64,000 bases of DNA from Takakia lepidozioides. Lineage: Eukaryota > Plantae > Bryophyta. Below the pieces are notes generated by a model that saw nothing but the letters and a program-made list of their open reading frames with translations, was not told where the DNA came from and made no database searches. Positions 37,301-49,200 of this stretch are shown here, in pieces; within the stretch, counting starts at the first letter, position 1; every line of letters starts with the position of its first letter. The stretch is taken from contig CM060732.1 of the NCBI GenBank assembly GCA_030704615.1, forward strand, positions 78,616,001 through 78,680,000, in the 5' to 3' direction. A program made the position numbers and the translations under genes.

Positions 37301-40300
37301 GAAGGAGATGAGGAGAAGACCGCATGCAGGACAAGGTATGGTTCATATGAGTTCTTGGTGATGCCTTTTGGGCTCACTAATGCACCGGCGACCTTTAGCA
37401 CGCTGATGAACAGCCTTTTTCAGGAGTGGTTGGATGACTTTGTGATCGTGTATATCGACGACATCTTGGTGTACTCGAAAACAAAGGAGGAACACCTGGA
37501 GCACCTCAAAAGGGTGTTCCAAAAGTTGTGGGAAGGGAAGCTGTACGCCAAAGCTTCAAAATGTGAATTCGGGGTCACGAAAGTGGAGTTCTTGGGGCAT
37601 GTGATTACACAGGATGGGATCAAAATGGATGACAGAAAGGTGAGGGCGATCTTGGACTGGGAGCCTTCGACTTCGGTCCCGGGAGTGCGATCCTTCCTAG
37701 GACTCGCCTCCTATTACCGGAAGTATGTGAGAAATTTCGCCAAGATCGCGGGGCCGCTGTCGGACCTTCTGTGTAAATCCAAAGTCTGGGTATGGAACAC
37801 ATTTTGTGGCCAAGCTTTTGCTGAATTGAAGCAGCGGATGGCGGAAGCTCCAGTCTTGAAAATCCCGGAGTTCGATCGTCCATTTGAGATTCATACAGAT
37901 GCGTCGGACTTCGCGATTGGGGGTGTACTTATGCAAGATGAACGTCCAGTGGCTTACGAAAGTAAGAAACTGAATGAAGTGGAGCGACGGTGGCCGACGC
38001 ACGAAAAAGAGATGAAGGCGGTGGTGCACTGTCTTGAGCTTTGGCGCCACTATGTTGGTTCCAACCCAGTGAAGGTGTTCACGGACAATGTCAGGTGAAG
38101 TATTTTGCCACGCAGCCCAAGTTGTCCCCAAAACAACTTAGGTGGCAAGATACTTTGGCGGTGTTTGACGTGGATATCCAGTACAAACCGGGACGAGACA
38201 ACGTGGTAGCCGATGCTTTAAGTAGAAAGCAACAGCTCTTATTGGTGTACAAGGGCGAGACGACGCTCCAAAGGAAGATCCGGAAGGCTTACCGAAAGGA
38301 CGAGCTGGCGAAGTCCGTGATGCAGGACTTGAGGATGGGGGTTAAATCGCAGTTCCACTTGCAAAATGGACTGCTCCGGTATAAGCAAAAACGTCTCTAC
38401 GTGCCAAAGGGAGGGATCAGAGATAGCCTCTTGAGAGAATGCCATGATAGCCTGCTTGCGGGCCACGGCGGAGCCAAGCGCACTGCAGCACTCTTGAAGA
38501 AAGAGTATTTCTGGCCCAAACTGAGGGAGGAGGCAGAGGAGTATGTCAAGACATGCACCACATGCCAACAAAACCGGAGCGAGTACAAAAAGCAAGCGGG
38601 GCTGTTACAACCCTTGCCGATTCCAGAGGGGACTTGGGAAAGCGTCTCGATGGATTTCATGACTGCTATGCCGCTGTCAAAAGGATTCGATGCAATCATG
38701 GTGGTGGTGGATAGGTTCAGTAAAATGGGCCATTTCATCCCCACCAAGGAGACGGCAACGGCGCAGGAGACAGGGCGACTTTACTTCGCCCACGTCTTAA
38801 AGCATCATGGAGTCCCGAAGGATATTGTCTCGGATCGCGATCCAAAGTTTACGAGTAAATTTTGGAGGACACTTTGGAAGAAAATGGGGACGAGGCTGAA
38901 GATGAGCACCGCCTTCCGACCTATGACGGACGGCCAAACGGAAAGAGTGAATTCCGTAGTGAAGCAATTCTTGCGGAATTACGTGTCGGCAGACCAATCA
39001 GACTGGATGGAACACTTAGACGCGGCAGAGTTCTGTTATAATAACACAGAACACTCCGCAACGGGAGTTTCCCCTTTCGTATTGGTCTATGGAAAAGCAC
39101 CTCTGGTGCCGACAAGTTGGGCCGCCCAGGACGTTGAGGAACCGGCAGTAGCGGCGGTACTGGAAGAACGCGAGCGTTTGTTGAAGCTCGCAAAGTACAA
39201 CATTGCCAAAGCTAGGAAACAGTATGAAAGGCAGGCGAATCGGAAGCGGAGGGAAGTGAAGTTTGAGGCAGGCACAGAGGTCTGGTTGAACATCAAGAAT
39301 TTTCGACTACCTCCGGAAGTGAGTCCGAAGTTCGTACCTCCGTATGCGGGACCCTTTCGCATTCGGAAGGTTATGAATGAGGATGTGTATGAATTGGTGC
39401 TGCCGGCAAACAGCAAGGTGCACCCAGTATTCCATGTCTCCCTTTTGAAGCCTTACTTCAAAGATGAAGCGCGTCCGAATCGACATCAAGTGTTGCGTCC
39501 GCCACCTATGCTGTTGGATCATGAAAATGAACCTGAGTACGAGGTGGAGGCAATACTTAAGTCGAGGAGGTTCAAGAACCGAGAAACGGAGTATCTCGTC
39601 AAATGGAAGGGCTATCATCATGTGGAGGCATCTTGGGTGCGTGCCTCAGAAATGGGAAACGCATCCGAGGCGGTTGCAGCTTTCGAAGGACGACCTCAAA
39701 AGTGGAAGAAACGTTGATGGGGACATCAACCTTGGAGCGTGGGGGAGGAAATGCATGCTTAGCCCGGCTTAGCTAGCTTAGGAATCTGATTACAAAAACT
39801 TGTATTGTACAAAAATTTGTTATAAAGGAAATGGGTTCCAAATGTTGTGCGTCCTATTTGGTTTGGAATGGTGATGCATGGTATGGTTGGCTAGTGTGTA
39901 GAATGCATACTAGCTTATAAAAGTGGGAGAGGTAAATTGGGTTAATCGTGTGTTTGCGTAGTGCCGAAATCGGGTGACCCCCATCCAAGGGGCAAGGAAA
40001 CTTGCGACTTCTTTGGGAGTTCACGTGCTAGTGCGCACCTGGCGCGTGCGCATACTATAACTGCGCTACTGAGGGGGTTGCCTTGTAGTGCGGGCTAACG
40101 CGGAAGCTACGTGCTTCCGTTCACGTACTATAATCGTGTAGCCTCGGGACGAAGTCGTAGTGCGGCTTCGGCGTGTTCCCGTACCTCAGGCCAGCATTCC
40201 AAGGCGGACCCAATTGTAGTGATTGGGGCGCACGGTTGGTTCAAGGTTATCTTCCTAGTCAAAGAGGGTTCCAGGTGAACCCTTGCTCAAGGTGATGCCA

Positions 40301-41355
40301 AAAGCGGCATCATGAGCGGTCGCAAGCAATGTTGTGGCAGTAAGGCGATTCGATCCTCAAGGAGGATCGTTCCTTGGCCTTGAAGTAGGCCAAGAAGAGT
40401 GCACTGGGAGGAGCTTGAGAGGCTCCACCCTTGGCCGGGACTTGGAGGAAGTCGGCCGAACTAGCTAGTGGAGAGTAGAGTCAAGTGTGGGGTTTGGTTC
40501 TTTGCCATGGGACGCCATGGTACGGAAACAAACTCCTTGATGTGGGACGCCACAACTTGGATGTTCGTTTCTACAAAACGACAAGTCGATGAGGACATCT
40601 ACTCCCTGTTGGTAGGGGTGTGTGTCGCGGCCCTTTGCCTTAAGGGCAGGGGGTCGGGACACATGAGGGGCTGCCCCTGTGGTGGGGGCAGCGGCAGCGA
40701 TAGGTATGGGGGGCTGAAGCACCCTTGAGTGCCCAAGGCACTCAAGGAGGAGGAGGCACTCACTAGGTGGAGGGTGGAGCCCCGCACACCGGGTTGCGGT
40801 GGGGGTGGCTCCACAAGGGGTGGTGGTAGCTTAGCGGGACTTAGTGGGGGTGGCATAGGACTCACCATGGGGTGGAGACCTCGAGGTGGGAGTCGTGGGG
40901 AGTCTTGGGACTCATCACGGTCCATTGGGGCCGCGGTGAGTGGGCCAAAACTCACCGCGACTCACCACCGGGAATCGAGGGTCTTCGTGGTGGTTCGCCA
41001 TAAAATGGCATGGCTGGTTGTGAAACCCCCGCGGACAGCTACAGAAGTATATATAGGGAGTAGTAACCCCGAGAACGGTGCAAGCCCGTTGGTGACCAAA
41101 AACTAGTGAGTAAGTGAGCGAGCCGGAAAGCGACCAAAGAGTGGGGAGCTGTTCCGGACTGCCAACTACCAAAGGGAATTCCCGCTGGTTCCAAATCGGT
41201 GGAGGGTTCTTTGGGAGAACAAAGGGGGACCGTTATGCCCCGGTGAGTAGCCGAAGCTCCAAGTTGGCCTGGCGGCCAGGTTGGGAGTCAGGCGCGCGCA
41301 TCAAAGCGAGTCACTATGACTTGAAGGGGAGCTTACTGAAGTGAGGTGCGCGACA
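34368..41355 (+). mobile_element. Full-length Ty3/gypsy chromovirus (Galadriel/Tcn1-like) nested in the CACTA element
   Basis: 733-bp near-identical LTRs at 34368-35100 and 40623-41355. 5-bp TSD AGTAG (34363-34367, 41356-41360). tRNA-iMet PBS TGGTATCAGAGC at 35103. PPT GGTAGGGGTG before the 3' LTR. Confidence 0.95.
35156..39717 (+). pseudogene. Chromovirus gag-pol (gag, CCHC, PR, RT, RNase H, INT, chromodomain)
   Basis: CFNCGEPGHMAKKC, LVDTGA, YIDD, TDASD, HHCC, SMDF, SDRD, DGQTER, GPF, EYEVEAIL..YLVKWKGY..SW. One in-frame TAG (36821-36823) and one frameshift (about 38090). Confidence 0.93.
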
Positions 41356-41487
41356 AGTAGGGTTGGGGTGTTTGCTGAAACAATTCTAGGCTGTCATTAT
41401 CAGCTGCTGGCAGCAAGGCAAGGATGTATTCATGATTTGTGCAGAGGTATGGATAGCTGAAGGAGCAGGGATAGAGTGTGGGTCCAG

Positions 41488-42170
41488 ATTCATCCAAGAG
41501 GGCTGGATTTCAAGCTCCAGATTACCTATGATTTCATGTGGAAGGGTAGCTACAATAAACCTGCATGGGTAGATGGTCAACTGGAAGCCACAGCAGCAGT
41601 GGCACAATTGATGAATTTAGGCACTGGTAATCAAGGCACCTTCTTCAACACAATTCACCCTGTTTTTCCCTCTTATCAGAATCGGCCCTAAATTTTCATG
41701 TTGCATTCTGCAAGTTAGCTGATTGAGTGAATTTAGTTTGGAGTGACTTTGACCTGAAACTTGCCAATGTGACAATATGAAAGTATCCAGAAACAGGTAA
41801 CAGAGACGAGGAGAAGCTGTGGAATGAATACTTTTTGACCCCAGTCAATGGTGGGACAATCGAGGCAAAAAGGTGAATGCCTGCTGGATTACAGAGAGTA
41901 GCGTATGCCATTGAGCATAGGAACTAGTGTGATAAGTTGAGTTGGGTGTTTCCTAGAAAAAATCTAGGCTGTCATTGTCAGCTGCTAGCAGCAAGGCAAG
42001 GATGTATGCATGATTTTGTGTAGAAGCATGGATAGCTGAAGGAGTAGGGATAGAGTGTAGGTCCAGATTCATCCAAGAGGGCCGGATTTCAAGCTCCAGA
42101 TTACCTATGATTGCCTGTGGAAGAATAGCTACAAGAAACCTGCATGGGTGGATGATCAATTTCCTGTTGC
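41488..42170 (+). pseudogene. OSB-type (organellar ssDNA-binding protein) PDF-motif fragments, two intron-split repeats
   Basis: EEKLWNEYF.DPSQWWDNRGKK (41808-41872) / intron / IHPRGPDFKLQITYDCLWKNSYKKPAWV (42067-42150). The first repeat is split between 34262-34300 and 41488-41600 by the chromovirus. Confidence 0.68.
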
Positions 42171-43217
42171 GGTAGTGCTTAGCAACATCGTGCTTGAAGA
42201 ATGAAGTATATTTTGGGAATATATATAGGCAGACTAGTTCAAACACCATGTCAGTGTCTGATGTATTAACATCCAATATCGGTCGAAGGTGCAATGTCCT
42301 CTGAGGTTGTGTTATGGTGTTTCTATGGATGGCATGTTTGATTGTAGTTGTGTCTTTCATATTGTATCATATTGTTGCTTCTGCCAGTCTATGCAATAGG
42401 GTTGGTGGTAGAATTTTTTTTTGCCACTCTTTGCAATTGCCAGCAGGGTTGGGGGTCAATTCTTTGGTCATTGGAAGATTAATGCATGTTCTCTTTCCCT
42501 GCAGAGGGGTTGTGTCTTGGTATAGATGGTCTTTCCTCTTTGCCAATTGTTGTGCTTATGAGAGCTCCACCGCATGGTTTATTAAATTTTATATTAATTT
42601 AATATAGTTCAATATCTAAATTAGTCATCTAAAATTAAATAATATTTAATAAATTATAAAATCTACATGATCAACACGTGTCAGTCACACCTGCTCCAAC
42701 AAGACCACGTGACATCAGTAGTGTTGTATGTTGTAGTGATATAGTCATACCCATAGTCGTGTAGTCATGAAGATATGACTATTCCATTGCACCATCAGAC
42801 GATGATTACACATGTCAAATCCCCAGGATCCCACATGTCACGCAGAGGCCTCTCCATATAGGCGCAATGTTGTAGTGATGTAGTTGTAACCTCAGTCATA
42901 ACTTTCAGTCGTGTAGTCATATTTGTTATGACTACATCACCAAACCCTGCATCACTATCCCACGCCACGTCCTCAGTGATGACCATGACTTCGCACTTAT
43001 CACTCCGTAGTCATGGTAGAACTGACTTCGTGTTTGTCACTGCAGAGTGAGGTAGTCATAGAAGCATTTATCACTGCAAATGCAGTGATATCCATAGTCA
43101 TAAAAACGTTAATCTATACTAGTGGGGCCACCGCCTGATATATCCTACTTCTATGCTAGCCTCTATACGTGGCCTCACATATCACCCATTCCAACACCCA
43201 TGCCCTCCCTCCCCATT

Positions 43218-46200
43218 TGTCATGGTTTTAGTCATGGTTATCTAGAATTACCTACTTCTAGTTAACTATGACATTTTAGATATTTATATTTATATTTTGT
43301 ATGTTGGGACTTCATTGGGTCTCACATGCCAAATGAGGTGTCGAGCCTCACTTGGGACATGGGGATAGGTTTTCCCCTTGTGAGGATGGAGGAGGCTCAT
43401 CTTCTTGTAGTTGAGCCTCCATGAGCTTCTCTCACCTCCATAGCTCTAGGTATTGAGAGGGAGTGTGTTGAGGGCTTTGTAGGGTGGATTCCCTTAGCAA
43501 GGGTGCCCTTGGCTTGACTTAGTTTATGTGATAGAGTGGATTTCACTTGGAAGGACTAGGGCTTGTTCTTAGTGTGATTGCTTCATGCTTTGAGAGTTTT
43601 CATTGTCTTCCATTTCTCTCATTTCTCATCTCTTATCACTACAAGAAGATCACCTTATGCTTGTGAGTGCGGAGAGTAAAGATTAGTTTTGCACTTGTAT
43701 GTTAAAGAGGCTGAGAGCTAGGAGAATTTAGCTCTTGTATCACAAGGTTTGCAAGGGGTTGCAAGGAAAGGTGCTCGAGTATTACAAGCACCAATGAGTT
43801 GGAGAGCTTGAGAAGAAAGCTCTTGAGTCACAAGATTTTGCAAGGATTGCAAGGAGGAAGTCTTGTGTGTGTGGAAGCACGGATTCTAGGGTTTGAGAAT
43901 CATTATGGAGTCAATGATGTGCGCCATGGTTTGTGGAGAGTGACTAAAAGCTTGTTAGTGCTCATTTCACTATCAAAATAGGGTTAAGCAAGTTCAAAGT
44001 GTGGATGTTGTGGAAGAGAAGCCAAGGAGCTATATATGCTTGGGCTTGAAGACAACAAGGGCAAGCACTTAGAGAGCACTAAGAAGCTCAAGAGGTTTTG
44101 AAAGGGAGCATATGAAGAAATCTTCCAATCATGGTGGTGTGGAGCCAAGCTTAGGGCGCCATTGGAAGGGCTTGGCTTGAAGGGAAATCATCATTCAATG
44201 TATGCATAGCTTCACCCTAACTATGTAATGTGACAAGAGGGGGAGGCAATACTTGGCTATTTATGTACTTGGTAGTGCGAGCTTTGTGGTGGATAGTTGA
44301 CCAAGCAAGTGGTGCATGTGTGGAGCATGCTCTCTTGAGTTTGTAAGTTCAAGTTTGAGAAGGAGAGCTCTTGAACTAGCAAGAGGTGAAGGCCTTTGAC
44401 ATCCATTTGTGTGTGAAGTGGAGAGGTGTTGATTCATGTTATGATGAAGGAGAGCAACACATAGGCCAAGAGGTCATGGAACATGCATTCAAATGACCAA
44501 GGGGAGCACATGGATGATGGATTGGTGCAAGACCCCAAATGAGGCATATGACGTGAGAGTGGGATCCAAGGCGGATTGCTTGGGAGCATTATTGTTAGTG
44601 ACAAGCATTGCTCCTACACATTGAGATAATTTGTGTTGATTTGGAGCAATTGTCAAGTAATGAGGAGACAAATGCATGTTTGCTCGGCAATGGAGATATG
44701 ATAGTTTGCAATCAAATCCCAAGGACTAGAAGGGGGATTGATTTGGTGGACAATGACTTGCAAGTTGAGTTGGACCACTCTTGGTTGCACATTGGGGTGG
44801 AAGAGAGCAAGAAGATGCCTCTTATGACCACCTAGAGACCATATTTTTGCTTGAGTAGAAGCATAGAAGTCAAGGACTTGCATTCTAGCTCTTCATTACA
44901 AACCCTAGTAGTGTATGCTCAGACTGTACCTCTGTTAGTATACAAAACATGAGCTTGTCCCTTTGACTATACCTGTGTTGAGGTATCACCATATGTGAAC
45001 CCTAATGTGAGACTATACCTCTGTTAGTATACCAAACATGAGCTTGTCCATTTTACTATATCTCTATTGAGGTATCATCAACATAAGGGACCCTAGCAAC
45101 CTCAAACCATACCTCTGTTAAGGTATCAACATTGAAAGGACTTAGTGAAATTTAAGGGCCTTTGGAGGATTGTTTGGAAGATATTTTGGAGGATCTTTGG
45201 GGTCCTTGGAGGAGTATTGGAGGACCCTTCGAAGAGCTTTGGTGGATAATGTTGAAGAGCTCTTGAAGGATTGATTGAGGGATATTTGAAGGATACTAGC
45301 CACGGCCATACAAGTGAGTGGATAGAGACAGGAGGGAGAGTGGTGGGATGAGAGCATTCTGGGGTTAGGAATTGCTTTAGTTTCTCTTCTCCATAGTCTT
45401 TCACCATCTCTGTAGGCCAAAACCTTTCTGTAGGTGGAGGCAAGAGTCAGTCCGGGTTTGGGCTGGGGTGTCCTTGCAGGAGCGACACTGTGGAGTGTTT
45501 TTGGTGTGGGGGAGTTGTTGTCTTGATTTTCTTGTGTTTGGATCCCCTCCACACCTGTATGCTTGACTGTGCGCCATGCTAGCTTTGTGTGGGCGCTTGT
45601 TTTCATAGGAGGTTGGTCCGGATTTGATCACCGGTCAATCCTAGAGCGTGATGTCGGTGGTGAGGCTGGGGTGATGACCAGTCAGACCATCATTGTTCTC
45701 TTATGGTGAGGCTGGGTTGATGACCAGTAGACCATATGAGTGCTTGCGGTGGATGCAGGTGTAAGTACAAGTCTATGTTAGAAACCTATTATTCCTGCTT
45801 GAACCAGTACCTACAACAGGTTCTCTACCCGGTTACCTTGTGGAAAGGGGGATTAGAGACAGGTTTACAACAGATGTGGTTGTGAGTTTTCATCACGGAG
45901 GTGCCACCAGTTGCTGAGGAGAGTGCCGATACGAACACCAGCGATACTAGTGGGTATACAAGACGAGGTGTGCGGTTTAGGCCACCTTCACCTTCAGTGT
46001 CTTCTGAGGAAGGTTCAGACTCGGAGTCAGGAGGATTCTCGCCGAGGGTGCAAGTCATTTCCGTGCCATTCTTGTGGGACACAATGGAGGAGATGTATGG
46101 AGCTAGCAAAGGCCCACGTAGGTACTCTGGAGCTGTGGGCACCATCGAGCTTGATGACTTCATACAAGAGTTTGACAGTTGGTGTGATTTGCAGCAAATG

Positions 46201-49200
46201 CGCAATCCACAACTGTTTACGCCCTTTATGGCGTGGAAGGGGCTATTCCAGCACCTTGAGGGGCTGCCCATGGATGATTACCATGAATTTAGGCGGGGAA
46301 ATGAGGTGGAGATTGAGGAGTGGCGACAATATTGGTCACCTGACTATGTCTCTATCACTAGAGGCACAAGGGCAGCGGCGATACCAGCAGCTACACCAAC
46401 ATCCCCAACTGCAAGCACTAGTAGTGGGACAAGTAAAGATGGAGCTGGGAAATCCACTCAAGCTTCTGCTGCAGCACCAGCACCCGTGCCTGCCTTTAAC
46501 CCAGTTGTGGAGTTCTTCGAGGAGTTGAGGAGAAACTACCAGGGGATAAGAACGGAGAAATTGCGGAGCTTGCAAGAGTTCCAACGCAAGCCTACTGAGA
46601 GTTTGAGGGAGGCTTACACTCGCATGAGGCGCTTGATAAACGTAACCCAAGGGGTTACAGAAGCTCAGGCAGTCCAGTTTTGATATGGGATCCTGGACAA
46701 GGAGCTGATGAGAAGGGTGCGGGATGCAACTCTCCTACAAGTGGACCAACTCACCTTAGCAAACATATTTTTGCTGGCAAAGCGGATAGAGCTCAATATG
46801 GTGGAGGAGCGAGTGGTCATGGTGGGGTTTGGTAAGGAGACACAACGAAGCGGGGCTCATAGCCAACAACAACCACTACCCCAACGTGCTCAAGGCAACA
46901 ATGGGGCTCAAGCGAAGCCCAGTGAAGGACATAGATGATCTCAATTGCAGAGGTCACTTCCTTCATTCTCAGGCCAACAACAGTCGGGTGTGACATGTTG
47001 GGATTGTGGAGGACCCCATGTTAAGAGAGATTGCCCGGAGAGAGGCAAAGGGCCGGCACAGGCACAACCTACACAACTACAGTGTGGGCATTGTGGCAAG
47101 TATGGGCATGAGGAGGCCTATTGTTATGACTTGCATCTTGAGCTACGGCCAGGCCAGTTCCAAGGGAACAACGGTGGCCGAGGACGAGGCAATGTAGTCT
47201 AGAGAGGTAGAGGAGGCAGAGGTCGCGGTGGAGGTCGTAACCAAAACCAGGGAGCACAAGGTCAAGGTCAAGGTCATGACCAAGGCATGGTGGATAGGCT
47301 TGCCCAGCTAGAGCAACGTCTTGCTACCATGGCCACTACGCATGTTGCGCCAGCTCCAAGGCCTGAGGTTCAAGCCCCACCTGCACAACCTCCTATGCCT
47401 AGGGAAGACCAGATTGGTATGGGCTTCATGTGTGGAGCCGCACTTGCAGGACCATTGCATGTGGACTCTACAGCTACTGTAACTCGAGCAGCAACGCGAG
47501 CTCCTGAGCCAAGAGGAGCAGATGTGGATTTTGATCCACAAAGGGGAAGCAAGTAGACAGACAAGGCTTCCACAGTCTTTCACATTGGCTGAGACAATGC
47601 CAACTATGCCATTGATGGTACCCGCTTGCCCCAGTGTGTCAGAGGTAGAGCCACGAGTGCCAGTGGGGAGAGTTGTGTGGCTCGGGAAATGCCAATGGGT
47701 GGTGCAATGATGCCGAGGCAAAGTATAGTTCCAATGAAGGGGAGTGTCTGGCTGCAGTATGGGCAATGGCACATTTTAGATGCTACCTCTATGACAATCT
47801 CTTCACCCTTGTCACGGATCACCAACCATTGAAGTGGTTGATGGAGTCAGACAAGCTTACAGGGAAGCTTGCACGGTGGGCACTTATGCTTCAAGAGTAC
47901 GACTTCCAGGTGGTGCATCGAGCCGGTATAGTCAATTGGGATGCAAATGGATTGAGTCGTAATCCATGCACGAGCGAGCATGATGATACTGGAGCTTGGT
48001 GGCATGGTGAGACGGATGAGGAGATGGTGCCAGGATGGCATGCATCTGTCTTTTTGTGCATCCTAGCAATGGGAGCTCAAGCTAGTCAATCCCATGCGAT
48101 AGGTCATATAGATAGCGTGCATGACGATCCAGAGACTAGTGAGGAGTTTGGTGGTGATAAGGATATGCATGAAGATGCAGCAGTGTTAGCATACCTAATT
48201 CGTACCGGAGAGACAGCAGCCACTATGACTGCTAAGGAGAGAGATCGGGTCCTACAACGAGCCAAGAGATTCAAGTGGGAGGGGACTCACCTACTCCGAG
48301 TATGGGAGGATGGACGGGTGAGGATTGTGCCTCATCCAACACAACGAGCTCGATTGATACGCCATGCCCATGAGGAGTTGGGACATTTTGGGATGCGGCG
48401 CACTCATAGTTTGCTACAAGGACAATATTGGTGGCGGGGCATGCACACGGATGTGCAACAGTTAGTGGCAAGGTGCATGGTGTGTGATAGAGTGCGGGCT
48501 TCTTTCAATGCACCTACTCCACAAATTGCATCCTTTACCCATTATGGGTTTGGGCTATCGTTGGAGTCTTGACTTCGCAGGCCCATTGCCACTAACTATT
48601 CGCCATAACAAGTATGTGCTGGTGATAGTGGAACATTTCTCCAAATGGATTGAACTGGTGGCATTGCCTGACAAGGCAAGTGAGGGGGCTGCGTATGCAT
48701 TCTTAGATCGAGTGCTTAGCCAATTTGGTGCTCCAGCCGAGGTACTCACGGACCAGGGGAGAGAATTCTTGGGGGAGTTTCAGGCTTTGTGTGAGTAAGC
48801 CTTGATAGATCACTGCACTACTTCTCGAGATCATTCCGAGGCTGATGGCTTGGCCGAGAGGGTTGTGCAAACAGTCAAGCGAGGCTTGCGCAAGTATGGC
48901 TTACAGAAGGGACACTTGGGAGATTGGGACCTTCAGCTACCTTGGTTGGCCATGGGCTACAGGTTTAGCAAACAAGCATCACTTGCCTCGTTCTCGCCTT
49001 ATTTCCTTCTCTTTGGCCGAGAGCCAGATTTGCCTGCATCTATTCGTAGGGAGACTGCAGTAGTCCTCAACCTTGATGATCCAGATGTGTGGACACAAGC
49101 ATGTGCCCAACAGGCAGAGTTGTTCAAGAGAGTCATACCTATGGCTTTTGATAACCTTGTTATTGCCCAACACCGAGACACATTGAGGTACGCCACTATA

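Larger units (their letters stand above)
29536..43124. mobile_element. Non-autonomous Pack-CACTA DNA transposon carrying host gene fragments
   Basis: 30-bp TIRs CACTACTACAGATTGTCGTTTTTATGACTA and revcomp CACTAGTATAGATTAACGTTTTTATGACTA. 3-bp TSD GGG (29533-29535, 43125-43127). Subterminal ATGACTAC/GTAGTCAT repeats at 29560-29900 and 42720-43100. No transposase. Confidence 0.88.
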
